A DNA stretch of 64,000 bases from Candidatus Eiseniibacteriota bacterium. Lineage in GTDB: Bacteria; Eisenbacteria; RBG-16-71-46; CAIMUX01; VGJL01. The stretch spans positions 1 to 64,000 of the forward strand of contig JBHGAY010000020.1 of the NCBI GenBank assembly GCA_041946735.1. The letters run 5' to 3'. Positions within the stretch are counted from its first letter, which is position 1, and every line of letters begins with the position of its first letter. The notes beneath the pieces were generated by a model, which was given only the letters and a program-made list of their open reading frames with translations, did not search any database and was not told the origin of the DNA. Both the position numbers and the translations under genes were made by a program. Positions 48,375-59,540 of the stretch are shown here, piece after piece.

Positions 48375-49225
48375 GGGGTGCCTCCCGATGCGTTTCGTGC
48401 GGCGAGAGACCGGAGGCGCTGCTCCGCCTCCGCCTTGAGGCCACGAAGGTCCGAATCGCGCGCGATCCGCTCGGGCGTCGCATACTCGAGAAGCCGCTCC
48501 CAGGCCTTGCGCGCCTCGGGCCATTCCCCGAGCCGCTCCTCGTTGCGCGCGAGCATCGCGAGAGCGTCGCCCGCCCGCCCGAAGTCCGGCTTCATCTCGA
48601 GCGCCTTGTTGAGGTAGAGGATCGCGCCCCGCGGCTTGTCGAGCCGCTGGTAGGTGATCGCGTTCAGGTAGGCCTTCCTCGCGAGCTTCTCCGTCGCCTG
48701 GTCGATGCCGGCCCGCACGAGATCCGCGAACGATCCGTTGGGATAGCGGACGAGATAGGCGCGGAGCAGGCTGAGCGCGTTCTCGGTGCTCTCCGGATCG
48801 TAAGCCGGCCCGAGCGACTCATCGAGATAACTCTCCGCAAGCCGGTACTCCGCCTCCTCGCGCAGCGGGGACTGCGGAAAGTCTCGGATCAAACGGTCGT
48901 AGCGCTCGGCCGCGAGCAGGTTCTCGCCGAGGTTCTGGTGCGCCCGGCCGAGAAGGAAGAGGACCTGGTCGAGCTGGCTCGACCCCGGGTGGGCATCGAG
49001 GAAGGCGGTCAGCTTCTCGACCGCGCGCGTGTAGTCCCCCCGCTCGAACGCCTCGCGTCCCGGCGCCAACTCCGCGTCGGAGCTGGGCAGCGTCTCGATC
49101 CGCGGCGCGCTCCCTCCACACCCGAGGACGGCGAGCAGGACGAGCGGGAGCGCACGGCGCAGCCACGAGAGCGCCGCCCGCGAAGGAAGGCGGATGCGCT
49201 TCGACCGGCCGCTCGAACCTCTCAC
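48371..49225 (-). CDS. bamD: Outer-membrane protein assembly lipoprotein BamD
   Basis: Lipobox VLGC; TPRs GDYTRAVEKL...PGS, YDRLIRDFPQSP, DPESTENA...YLVRYPNGSFA, KLARKAY. Confidence 0.85.
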   Translation of the reverse strand: MRGSSGRSKRIRLPSRAALSWLRRALPLVLLAVLGCGGSAPRIETLPSSDAELAPGREAFERGDYTRAVEKLTAFLDAHPGSSQLDQVLFLLGRAHQNLGENLLAAERYDRLIRDFPQSPLREEAEYRLAESYLDESLGPAYDPESTENALSLLRAYLVRYPNGSFADLVRAGIDQATEKLARKAYLNAITYQRLDKPRGAILYLNKALEMKPDFGRAGDALAMLARNEERLGEWPEARKAWERLLEYATPERIARDSDLRGLKAEAEQRLRSLAARNASGGTP

Positions 49226-49335
49226 GCGTTCCTCCTCCTGGCTCCTGCCCCTGCTCCTGCTCCTCGTTCCGCGCGCCACGCCCCGCGCCCCACGATCCGT
49301 CTTTGCTGTCCCGCGCTCCTCGTCCTGCTGCGGCT

Positions 49336-50490
49336 CTAGTTCTGATTCTGATAGAAGAGGTAGACGAGGCTCGAGACGATCGCGACTACTGCGAGTGGCT
49401 CGACGTACCTCCCGAGACGAAGCGGCGGGACCTCCGGCTTCGCGAACGGATAGTTCGCCCCCTCGGCGAGCATGCGGGACCGGCCGGACAGTCGATCTTC
49501 GAAATGGCTCTGTCCGCTCGCCACATCGAGAATCTTCCCCTCCGGCCCGTCGATCCGCGAGGCCGTGATGTAGACACCGCCGATCCGATGCACCGTCGCG
49601 TCTCCGAAGAGCAGGAAGCGGCGCCGGAACGTGGGATAGTCGACGCCGAACTCGAGCACCTTGAACTCGATCACCGGCCCCTCGGGATAGACGACGACCG
49701 GCTGCGTCGGCTGGGCTGGCGCCGCTCCCCCGCTCCCGTTCGCCCCGTTGCCTCCCGAGCCTCGCGAGCCGCCCGGGCCGCCCGGGCCGCCGGGACCGCT
49801 GGTCCCGCCAGGTCCGCTTCCCGTCTCGCCGGTGGCTCCCGGCTCCGGCTCGCCTGCGGGCCCGGTCGAGCCGCCCGGCTCTGTCGAACCGGTCGAGCCG
49901 CCGGAGCCGGTCGAGCCCCCGCTCGATCCGTCGCCGAAGTCGTTGGCCGGGTTCGCCTCGTTCTGGGGCGTGTCGCCCGAGTCGAGAGAGCTGCCATCCG
50001 GCTGAGCGCCGAGCGAATCCGGATTCACGGCGGTGGTGTCGCCGGGCGCCGGCTCGGCGAAGGGATTCCAGGGCGTCTCCTCTGGAGGAGGGGCCTCCTC
50101 GCCCGCAGGCTTCTCCGCCTCGGCAGGCGTCTCGACGACGGGAGCCGCAGCCGTGACCGGAGCCATGCGGCGCACCTGGCACCGCCGCCGCGCCAGCGCG
50201 CGCGCGAAGGCGTCGCTCACGAAGTCGCTCGCGTCGCTATGGCCCGCCGGCAGGACCGTGATCTCCTCGCCAGGCCGTACGTCGAGGCTGTCGAGGATCT
50301 GATCGACCGCGTCGCCGGTGAGGCGGTCGAGAAGCCCGAGGTTCGTGAGAAACGTCTCGCTCTCGCCGCTCCCGGGGCCCGAGCCCGGCTCGGCGCCGGC
50401 GATCCCGGCGGCGGACGCCGTCGCCAGCAGCCACCCCAGCGCGGCGAGGAACGGAAGGTGCAAACAGGGTCTGCGGAGCATCGTCTTCAC
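49336..50490 (-). CDS. Hypothetical secreted protein with a Gly/Ser/Thr/Pro-rich linker and a C-terminal membrane anchor
   Basis: GTG 50490 overlaps the rimO stop; signal peptide; central GGSTGS/GGP repeats; C-terminal YVEPLAVVAIVSSLVYLFYQNQN. Confidence 0.75.
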   Translation of the reverse strand: MKTMLRRPCLHLPFLAALGWLLATASAAGIAGAEPGSGPGSGESETFLTNLGLLDRLTGDAVDQILDSLDVRPGEEITVLPAGHSDASDFVSDAFARALARRRCQVRRMAPVTAAAPVVETPAEAEKPAGEEAPPPEETPWNPFAEPAPGDTTAVNPDSLGAQPDGSSLDSGDTPQNEANPANDFGDGSSGGSTGSGGSTGSTEPGGSTGPAGEPEPGATGETGSGPGGTSGPGGPGGPGGSRGSGGNGANGSGGAAPAQPTQPVVVYPEGPVIEFKVLEFGVDYPTFRRRFLLFGDATVHRIGGVYITASRIDGPEGKILDVASGQSHFEDRLSGRSRMLAEGANYPFAKPEVPPLRLGRYVEPLAVVAIVSSLVYLFYQNQN

Positions 50491-51848
50491 GGCCTCTCCC
50501 CCGGGCGCGCCACCGGTCGCGCGCTCAGATCGTACGGGCCCGCCGAGACGACCTCCGCCTCGACGAACTCGCCCGCTCGGGGCGACCATCCGTCGCCCGC
50601 CCTCAGGCGTGTCACGCCATCGACCTCGGGCGCCTGTCCGGCATGCCTGCCGACCCAGACCCCGGGCTTCTCGCTGCGATCCAAGAGAACCTCCACTCTC
50701 CGTCCCTTCCACGCGACATGCCGCCGGACGGAGGCCTCCCGTTGCGCGGCCAGGATCCCGCGCCGGCGCTGCTCCCGCAAGCGAAGGGGCAGCTGCCCTT
50801 CCATCGCCCCGGCGACCGTCCCCTCTTCCGTGCTGTAGGCGAAGACACCGAGGTGATCGAACCCGAAGGAGCGCACGAATGCCAGCATCTCCTCGTGCTC
50901 CTCCTGGGTCTCGCCCGGGAATCCGCTGATCAGGGTCGTCCGGAGCGCGATGCCCGGAACCTCCGCGCGGAATCGCTCGAGCAGGCGGACCGTCGAGCCG
51001 AACGGCGGCCGTCGCATGCGTCGAAGGATCCTTTCGGAAACGTGCTGGATCGGCATGTCGAGATAGGGCGCCAGCCGCGGCAGGTCCCGGAAGCACCGGA
51101 TCAGGTCGGCCGTCCAGGGAGACGGGTACGCGTACAGCAACCGGATCCATCGTACCCCCTCGACCTCGTTCAGCGCTTCGAGCAGCCGAGGAAGAGAGGG
51201 CTTGCCGTCCAGATCGGCTCCCCATGCGGTCAGCTCCTGCGCGACCAGGTTCAGCTCGCGCACTCCGGAGCCGGCCAGCCGCCTCGCCTCCTCGACGATC
51301 GATTCGAGAGAGCGGCTGCGATGAGGGCCGCGTAGAGCGGGGATCACGCAGAACGCGCATGTGCGATCGCATCCTTCGGAGATCTTCACATACGCGCTGT
51401 GGGAGAGCTGCGAGACGACCCGCAGATCCCACCGCTCCTCGACGCGGTCGAAGCCCCCGAGGTGGATCCGGTCGCCGTCGGGCCCTTCGTCGAGCAGCGA
51501 GCGGAGGCGCGGAGCGAGGGAGTGCACCTCCCCGGGACCGACGATCATGTCGATCTCAGGGATCTCGCGCATCAGATCCCCCCCGTGGCGTTGCGCGAGG
51601 CAGCCGACCACGATCAGCCTCCTGCCGGGCCGGACGCGCTTGTGTTCCGCCATCTCGAGGATCGTGTCGATCGACTCCCGCTGCGACGCGGTCAGGAAGG
51701 CGCATGTGTTGACGATGATCGCGTCGGCCTCCGAAGGGTCGGCAGCGATCGCGATCCCTTGGTTCAGGATCTGTCCCGCGAGGAGATCGGTGTCGGCGAG
51801 ATTCTTTGCGCAGCCGAGGGTGACGACCGCGATCTTCGGGATCCTCAT
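50487..51848 (-). CDS. rimO: Ribosomal protein S12 methylthiotransferase RimO
   Basis: TLGCAKNLAD, VNTCAFL, VGCLAQR, AYVKISEGCDRTCAFCVIP, RLLYAYP, GFPGET, QAPEVDG (TRAM domain). Confidence 0.96.
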   Translation of the reverse strand: MRIPKIAVVTLGCAKNLADTDLLAGQILNQGIAIAADPSEADAIIVNTCAFLTASQRESIDTILEMAEHKRVRPGRRLIVVGCLAQRHGGDLMREIPEIDMIVGPGEVHSLAPRLRSLLDEGPDGDRIHLGGFDRVEERWDLRVVSQLSHSAYVKISEGCDRTCAFCVIPALRGPHRSRSLESIVEEARRLAGSGVRELNLVAQELTAWGADLDGKPSLPRLLEALNEVEGVRWIRLLYAYPSPWTADLIRCFRDLPRLAPYLDMPIQHVSERILRRMRRPPFGSTVRLLERFRAEVPGIALRTTLISGFPGETQEEHEEMLAFVRSFGFDHLGVFAYSTEEGTVAGAMEGQLPLRLREQRRRGILAAQREASVRRHVAWKGRRVEVLLDRSEKPGVWVGRHAGQAPEVDGVTRLRAGDGWSPRAGEFVEAEVVSAGPYDLSARPVARPGERP

Positions 51849-52576
51849 CCCCCCTCTCCCAGGTCGACGACCTCGGTGCCGGCCGGAGGGACGAAGCGGA
51901 AGTCCCCGGGATCCAGGGAAGGATCGGGGCGGACGTCGCGCAGGCGAAGCCGCGTGCGGTTGCCCTCGCCGTCGGCCGCCTCGTACCCGAGGATCGAGCG
52001 GCCGTCCGAGGCGACCCAGACGCGCAGCGCTTCGATCGGAAGTTGCGAGCCCGGGGTCAGCTCGAGCCGGACGGCGCCGGGCGCGAAGGCCGGGTCGTCC
52101 TGCGCCGAGTCGGCCTTCGCGCCGGCGAGAGCCCAGTCGAGGAGATCGGCGCCGCGTCGCGCGTCGGGACCGAGCGGCATCCGGATCGCCTGCTTCTGCT
52201 CCGGCACGTAGGTCCAGACGTAGACGCCGTCACAGACCTGCCGCTGGCCGCTCGGAGCGTCGAAGGTGAGATCGAAGAACCGGGGGCGCAGGATGCGCAT
52301 CGTCCCTTGCGACACGACCGGCTCGTCGAATCCCACGAACTGCTGCGTCTGCTCGAAGCGAGCGGTGAAGCTCTTGCGGCCCTCCCAGTGCTCCCGCATG
52401 GCGGCGAGCAGGGCCGGGGCATCGGAACGCCCGGCCGCGGCGGCTGTCGCCGGACGCTCCTGCGCAGCCGCCGGCCAAGCGCCGCCGCTCAGGCAAAGGA
52501 CGGCGAGCAGCAACAGCACCGGCAGTAGCGGCAAGAGCGGCGCCCGCGCGCGCAAGCGGCTAGACGGCTCTCGCAT
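51845..52576 (-). CDS. lolA: Outer-membrane lipoprotein carrier LolA
   Basis: Signal peptide; SFTARFEQ, SQGTMRILRP, QVCDGVYVWTYVPEQKQA, FRFVPPAGTEVVD; follows ftsK; start at 52576 or 52591. Confidence 0.88.
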   Translation of the reverse strand: MREPSSRLRARAPLLPLLPVLLLLAVLCLSGGAWPAAAQERPATAAAAGRSDAPALLAAMREHWEGRKSFTARFEQTQQFVGFDEPVVSQGTMRILRPRFFDLTFDAPSGQRQVCDGVYVWTYVPEQKQAIRMPLGPDARRGADLLDWALAGAKADSAQDDPAFAPGAVRLELTPGSQLPIEALRVWVASDGRSILGYEAADGEGNRTRLRLRDVRPDPSLDPGDFRFVPPAGTEVVDLGEGG

Positions 52577-54878
52577 CCTGTTTCCTCGCATCGAATTCCT
52601 CCAGATATCTCTCGTCGACCATCACGTCCCGCGCTTTGCTGCCGTCGTACGGGGAGACCACACCGGCGCTCTCGAGAAGGTCCATCAACCGCGCGGCGCG
52701 CGAATATCCGACCTTCAACCGGCGCTGGAGGAAGGAAACGGAAGCCTGCCGTTCGCGGACGACCAGCCGCAGGGCGTCACCGAACATCTCATCCTCGCGG
52801 GCCGGGTCGGAAGGCCCTTCGGTCTCCTCCTCGGTGAAGAGGGTATCCGCCTCGGGCTGCTCACGCAGGAACGAGGCGACCCGCTCCGCATCCCCCTCGG
52901 TGCAGAAAGCGCCGTGCACGCGGATCGCCTCTCCCTTGCCCGGAGGGATGAAGAGCATGTCTCCCCGGCCGAGGAGGAACTCCGCGCCGCCGGCGTCGAG
53001 GATCGTGCGGGAGTCGATCCGCGAGGCGACCTGGAAGGAGATTCGCGCCGGGAAGTTCGCTTTGATGACGCCGGTCAGGACGTCCACGGAAGGACGCTGG
53101 GTCGCGAGGATCATATGGATGCCGACCGCCCGGGCCATGTGCGCGAGCCGGCTGATCGATCCCTCGATCTCGGCTCCCTGCGTCAGCATCAGATCGGCCA
53201 GCTCGTCGACCACGACGACCACGTACGGCAGGTTCTCCATCTCCTCGCTGTCGGGCGCGGTGACCGGCGCCGCTCCGTCGCCTTTCGCCGGCCCCTTCGC
53301 CGCCGGCCCCTTCACTGCCGGCGGCTTTCCCGGCTCCCCCGCCGCGCGGCGGCGGTATCCCTCGATGTTGCGGACGCCGAAACGGGAAAGGACGCGGTAG
53401 CGCCGGTCCATCTCTCCGCAGAGCCATTCGAGCATCCGCGACGCCTGCTTCGGCTCGGTCACGACCGGGCAGAGGAGCGAGGGGATCCCGTCGTACGGAG
53501 TGAGCTCGAGCCGCTTCGGATCGATGAGCAACAGGCGCAGCTCCTCCGGAGTGCGGCGGAAGAGAAGCGAGAGCAGGAGCGCGTTCAGGCAGACGCTCTT
53601 CCCGGAGCCGGTCGTGCCGGCGACGAGCAGGTGCGGCATGCGGTCGAGATCCGCGAAGACCGGGATGCCGGCGATGTCGCGCCCCAGCGCGAGCGCGAGG
53701 AATCCCTGCTGCTGCGACCAGTCCTCCGCCTCCAGGATCTCCTTCAGCGAGATCAGGGCCTGCCGGCGGTTCGGGACCTCGATCCCAACGGCCGCCTTGC
53801 CCGGGATCGGCGCGACGAGGCGAATCCGCTTCGCGCGCAAGGCGAGCGCCAGGTCGTCGACGCGGCTCACGATCTGGCTGACGCGGACCCCGGTCCCCGG
53901 CTCGAACTCGTAGCGGGTCACGATCGGACCCGGGTGCACCTCTCCCACCTTGCCCTCGACGCCGAAGTTCTTCAGCGTTCGGACGAGGAGCTTCGAAGTA
54001 TCGAGAATCTCTTCGCGGTCGACCGCGCCGCGCGTGCCTTCGAGATCCTCGAGCAGCGTCACGTCGGGCAGCTTGCGCGCGCCGGAGCCGGAGGGACGAA
54101 ACGGCGGACGGCGCGATGGCGCGCTCCGCCGCGATTGGATCCGCGGCTCGGCGAACGCCTCGGCCTCCTCTTCGGAGCCCTTCGAGGCTGCGCCTCCGCC
54201 TTCCTCCTGATCCTCTTCTTCCTCCTCGTCGAGCCGGGAGGCGCCTCGCGCCGTCCCGCGCCCCAGCGCCGCGCGCGGATCGATCCGGGCGGTCCGTCCC
54301 GCTCGTTCGGAGCGCTCGGAGCTCGAAGCCGCCGCCCGCGGCGCGGCGCGCCGGTCCTCGCGCGGCCGCGAGTCGCGGGCGAGCGTGGGGACCGAGGGGA
54401 GGGGCAGCCGGGCGAGGCCGTCGCGCGCGGCGGCGGGAAGCGCGAAACGCCAGGCGATCCAGAGGGAGACGACCGCGAGCGCCGCGACGGCGATCCAGCT
54501 TCCCCAGGGACCGAGGATCGACTGCAGTCCGCTCAGGCCCGCCGCTCCGGCGGCGCCGGTCATCGGCTCGAGCGGGGAGAGGGCGACGGAAGCGACGGAG
54601 GCGAGAGGGAGCAGGAGCGCGGCGAGGCGGAGCACCGACCTCTTGCGTCCCCCGAAGAGCCAGAGGATCGCGATCGGGGGCAGCATGGCCCACGATCCCC
54701 AGGCGAGGATCGGCCCGAGCAGCCCCACGATCCCGTCGGCCGCCCAATCCGCGAGCGGACCGCATGCGGGGTCGCCGGCCTCATGGGACAGGAGCGCCAG
54801 ACCGAGGAGGGCCGCCAGGAGGAGGAGCAGGATCCCCTGCAGAGGGGCCGCACTCCGCTCTTGGGACGACGCCGGCAT
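52560..54878 (-). CDS. ftsK: DNA translocase FtsK
   Basis: N-terminal TMs; GPIVTRYE, APIPGKAAVGIEVPN, MPHLLVAGTTGSGKS, VDELADLM, ATQRPSVDV, LLGRGDML; gamma domain LQRRLKVGYSRAARL. Confidence 0.97.
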   Translation of the reverse strand: MPASSQERSAAPLQGILLLLLAALLGLALLSHEAGDPACGPLADWAADGIVGLLGPILAWGSWAMLPPIAILWLFGGRKRSVLRLAALLLPLASVASVALSPLEPMTGAAGAAGLSGLQSILGPWGSWIAVAALAVVSLWIAWRFALPAAARDGLARLPLPSVPTLARDSRPREDRRAAPRAAASSSERSERAGRTARIDPRAALGRGTARGASRLDEEEEEDQEEGGGAASKGSEEEAEAFAEPRIQSRRSAPSRRPPFRPSGSGARKLPDVTLLEDLEGTRGAVDREEILDTSKLLVRTLKNFGVEGKVGEVHPGPIVTRYEFEPGTGVRVSQIVSRVDDLALALRAKRIRLVAPIPGKAAVGIEVPNRRQALISLKEILEAEDWSQQQGFLALALGRDIAGIPVFADLDRMPHLLVAGTTGSGKSVCLNALLLSLLFRRTPEELRLLLIDPKRLELTPYDGIPSLLCPVVTEPKQASRMLEWLCGEMDRRYRVLSRFGVRNIEGYRRRAAGEPGKPPAVKGPAAKGPAKGDGAAPVTAPDSEEMENLPYVVVVVDELADLMLTQGAEIEGSISRLAHMARAVGIHMILATQRPSVDVLTGVIKANFPARISFQVASRIDSRTILDAGGAEFLLGRGDMLFIPPGKGEAIRVHGAFCTEGDAERVASFLREQPEADTLFTEEETEGPSDPAREDEMFGDALRLVVRERQASVSFLQRRLKVGYSRAARLMDLLESAGVVSPYDGSKARDVMVDERYLEEFDARKQDARAV

Positions 54879-54889
54879 CGCGACTCCGA

Positions 54890-56254
<1,365 letters not shown>

Positions 56255-57430
56255 CTAGAAGTGGCTCTTCAGCATCTCCACCCGGTCGGTCCGCTCCCAC
56301 GGGAACCCGGCGTCGTCGCGCCCGAAATGGCCGTAGGCCGCCGTCTTCCTGTACATCGGCCGCAGCAGGTCGAGATCGCGGATGATCGCCCGCGGACGCA
56401 GGTCGAAGCTCCCGCGCACGGCGGCGAGGATCTTCTCCGGATCGGCATGGTGCGTCCCGAACGTCTCGATGTGGATCGAGACCGGCTCCGCGATGCCGAT
56501 CGCGTAGGCCAGCTGGATCTGCGCGCGATCGGCGAGGCCGGCCGCGACCACGTTCTTCGCCACCCAACGGGCGGCGTAGGTCGCCGAGCGGTCGACCTTC
56601 GAGGGGTCCTTCCCCGAGAAGGCGCCGCCGCCGTGCGGAGCGAGGCCGCCGTAGGTGTCGACGATGATCTTGCGCCCGGTCAGACCGGTGTCGGCCCATG
56701 GGCCGCCGCGCACGAACCGCCCGGTCGGATTGATGTGATAGACGATCTTCTCCGGATCGGCGAGGTCTTTCGGCAGGACCGGGACGATCACCTCGCTGCG
56801 GAGCGCCTCCCGCACCGTCTCGATCGGGACCTCCGCCTTGTGCTGCGCGGAAAGCACGATCGTGTGCACGCGGACCGGACGATCCGTCTCGTCGTACTCG
56901 ACGGTGACCTGGCACTTGCCGTCGGGACCGAGAAAGTCGACCTTGCCCTCGGAGCGCACGAGCCCCAGGCGCGCGGAGATCTTGTGCGCGAGCTGGATCG
57001 GCAGCGGCATCAGCTCCGGCGTCTCGCGAACCGCGTAGCCAAACATGATCCCCTGGTCGCCCGCCCCTTGATCCAGCTCGTGGGCGGAGTCGCGGTTGAC
57101 CCCCTGGGCGATGTCCGGGGACTGCTCGTCGATCGAGCTGATCACCGCGCAGGTCTCCCAGTCGAAGCCGTAGGACGGATCGGTGTAGCCGATGTCGCGG
57201 ATCGTCTCCCGGACGACGCGCGGCAGATCGGCATAGGCGTTCGTCGAGATCTCGCCGGAGATGAACGCGAGCCCGGTCGTGACCAGGCACTCGCACGCCA
57301 CGCGGCACGACTTGTCCTCTTGCAGCAGCGCGTCGAGGACGGCATCGGAGATCTGGTCGGCGACCTTGTCCGGGTGTCCGGCCGCTACCGACTCGGAGGT
57401 GATCAGGTGGGTACGCGACATCGAAGCCAT
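56255..57430 (-). CDS. metK: S-adenosylmethionine synthetase
   Basis: [71 protein letters not shown]. Confidence 0.98.
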   Translation of the reverse strand: MASMSRTHLITSESVAAGHPDKVADQISDAVLDALLQEDKSCRVACECLVTTGLAFISGEISTNAYADLPRVVRETIRDIGYTDPSYGFDWETCAVISSIDEQSPDIAQGVNRDSAHELDQGAGDQGIMFGYAVRETPELMPLPIQLAHKISARLGLVRSEGKVDFLGPDGKCQVTVEYDETDRPVRVHTIVLSAQHKAEVPIETVREALRSEVIVPVLPKDLADPEKIVYHINPTGRFVRGGPWADTGLTGRKIIVDTYGGLAPHGGGAFSGKDPSKVDRSATYAARWVAKNVVAAGLADRAQIQLAYAIGIAEPVSIHIETFGTHHADPEKILAAVRGSFDLRPRAIIRDLDLLRPMYRKTAAYGHFGRDDAGFPWERTDRVEMLKSHF

Positions 57431-57477
57431 GGAAAGACTCCTTCTTCCGCCTGCGCTATGGGTCGACTCAAAGGGGG

Positions 57478-57507
57478 GAGGGTACCGGGACGCGGCCGGT
57501 GAAGCAA
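57478..57507 (-). promoter_or_regulatory. Putative sigma70 promoter for metK-ahcY-ftsK
   Basis: TTGCTT-N17-TACCCT. Confidence 0.45.
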
Positions 57508-57508
57508 G

Positions 57509-58513
57509 CTAGGAGGATGGCTCCCCTCCCGACAGGATCACCTCCGAGGAATCCCCCACGTTCAGCACCTGGAACGAACCCCGCACGATCGCATTCTCGC
57601 CGACCACCGATCCGTCGAGGAGCACGTCGCACACCTCGGCGCTCTCGTTGATGATCGAGTTGCGGAGAATCGAGCCGTGGACGGTCGCTCCTGCGGCGAT
57701 CGAGACGTACGGGCCGACGATCGATTGGGAGACGCGCGCGCTCGGATCGATCGACACCGGGTGGTTCACGACGACTCCCGGAATGCTCGGCGACGAGGGC
57801 AGCAGATCGAGCAGGTAACGGTTCGTCGACAGGAGGGTCTCCGTCTTGCCGCAATCGAACCAACCGTCCACCTCGTGCACGCGCATCGTCGCCCCCTCGA
57901 GCAGGATCGCCTGCAGCGCGTCCGTCAGCTGGAACTCGCCCCGCGTTCGCCGGCTCTCCTCGATGAGCGAGGCGAGCGCCAGAAACAGCCTCGTCGATTC
58001 CGGAAGGTAGTAGAGGCCGACCAGCGCGAGGTTGCTCGTCGGATGCTCCGGCTTCTCGGTCATCGCGCGGACCTTCCGGTCGCCATCCAGCTCGACGATC
58101 CCGAACCGCTGCGGGTCCTCGACCTCCTTCACGCCGAGCACGATCTCCTCCCCAGAGAGAAAGAGAGAGAGATCCGTGTGGACGATGGTGTCGCCGAGGA
58201 CGATCACGATCGGCCCGCCGCCGACACGCTCGCTCGCCAGGTAGACGGCATGCCCGAGCCCGAGCGGCTCGGGCTGCTCGACGAACTCCACGGCCGAGCC
58301 GTACCTCCGGCCCACGTAGTCCCGAATCCGGTCGCCGCGATAGCCGACGACCACGATGACCTTTTCGACCCCCTCGCCGATCAAGCCGTCGAGGATGTGG
58401 GCCAGGATCGGCCTCCCCGCGACGTTGATCAGCGCTTTCGGGATCGTGTGGGTGTGGGGCCGCAGCCGCGTGCCGACGCCCGCCGCCGGCACGATCGCCA
58501 CCACTCGGCTCAT
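57509..58513 (-). CDS. Sugar-phosphate nucleotidyltransferase (long-form glucose-1-phosphate thymidylyltransferase-like) with a left-handed beta-helix tail
   Basis: PAAGVGTRLRPHTHTIPKALINVAG, QPEPLGLGHAV, LGD, EKP, RGEFQLTDAL, WFDCG. Confidence 0.9.
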   Translation of the reverse strand: MSRVVAIVPAAGVGTRLRPHTHTIPKALINVAGRPILAHILDGLIGEGVEKVIVVVGYRGDRIRDYVGRRYGSAVEFVEQPEPLGLGHAVYLASERVGGGPIVIVLGDTIVHTDLSLFLSGEEIVLGVKEVEDPQRFGIVELDGDRKVRAMTEKPEHPTSNLALVGLYYLPESTRLFLALASLIEESRRTRGEFQLTDALQAILLEGATMRVHEVDGWFDCGKTETLLSTNRYLLDLLPSSPSIPGVVVNHPVSIDPSARVSQSIVGPYVSIAAGATVHGSILRNSIINESAEVCDVLLDGSVVGENAIVRGSFQVLNVGDSSEVILSGGEPSS

Positions 58514-59523
58514 CGTTCCTCCTTCGCCAGCGCGGCTCGCAGCCGCCGGATCGCCTCGACCGGAACCGGATCGACTCCACTCGCCTCGGCCAGCTCGACG
58601 CTCACCCTGTCCCCCAGGAAGATTTCGGCCAGCAGTCCGGGCAAGCCGCTCGCCTCGGCCGGCGCCACGACCTCGAACGGCAGGCCCGATGCGGCCGCCT
58701 CTTCCCTGAGCGCCTCGAGCAGGCGGGCGGTCCTCGGGGCCTCCCGATCCGGATCGGGAAACGCCCAGAAAGAAGCGGGCACGCCCGACCCGGCGAGCGA
58801 GGCCCAGCCCATCACCTCGTTGTGAGCCATCTCCGGGAGGCCGGAGACGAAGCAGGATCGCTTGGCGTTTTCCAGGATCTGGTTGCGCCATCGCAAGGCG
58901 GCGACGGCGCGCGACGGTCCGACGGGGATCAAGACCGGAATGCGGTTTCCCATCGCTTCGGCGATCCGCTTCGGTTCCCGCCCCGCGGGAGGAGAGGCGG
59001 CCTCCGCCCTGAGCAGCGCAACCGCGGCCGTGATCTCCTCCTCCGCCTCGGCGCGGACCGCCCGCAACGCCGCCGCGAGCAGGTACGGAAGCGACGCGCG
59101 CGGAGGAAGGCCCGGGGGGACTGTCGAGACGGGCACGCCCGCGTTCCGGCACTCCTCGAGCAGCCGGCCGCCCGATGCGATCGCATGCGTCGGGACGCCC
59201 CGCACGATCGCCTCGCGCAGCAGCGACAGCGCCTCCCACGTCTCGCCGGAATAGCTGATCAGGACGAGGCGATCGAGGGGCCCGATCCAGCCGGGCAGCT
59301 CGGCGTCGAGCCAGACGAGCGTGGGGCGTCCCTTCTCCTGCAGGAAGCTCGAGGCGACCGCTCCGGCCATGCCGGATCCGCCCATGCCGGCAAAGACGAG
59401 GATCCGGCCCGGCTCGAGCCGGGACGCTGCCTCGCGCGGCGTGCTCCATCCTTGTTCCAGCATGTCGGGAAACGCCTCGACGAGCTTGCGCATCGCGGGC
59501 GCCGGAACGCCGGATCGACTCAT
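58510..59523 (-). CDS. Bifunctional phosphoglucose/phosphomannose isomerase-like SIS protein
   Basis: AGMGGSG, ISYSGETWE, ASGGRL, PPRASL, RWRNQILENAK, LPEMAHNEVMGW. Confidence 0.88.
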   Translation of the reverse strand: MSRSGVPAPAMRKLVEAFPDMLEQGWSTPREAASRLEPGRILVFAGMGGSGMAGAVASSFLQEKGRPTLVWLDAELPGWIGPLDRLVLISYSGETWEALSLLREAIVRGVPTHAIASGGRLLEECRNAGVPVSTVPPGLPPRASLPYLLAAALRAVRAEAEEEITAAVALLRAEAASPPAGREPKRIAEAMGNRIPVLIPVGPSRAVAALRWRNQILENAKRSCFVSGLPEMAHNEVMGWASLAGSGVPASFWAFPDPDREAPRTARLLEALREEAAASGLPFEVVAPAEASGLPGLLAEIFLGDRVSVELAEASGVDPVPVEAIRRLRAALAKEER

Positions 59524-59540
59524 CGGATCCTCCTGGCGGC

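Noticed and set aside
57431..57480. metK leader as a SAM riboswitch
   Set aside because: It is short (~50 nt) and has no recognisable SAM-I, II, III, V or SAM-SAH consensus.
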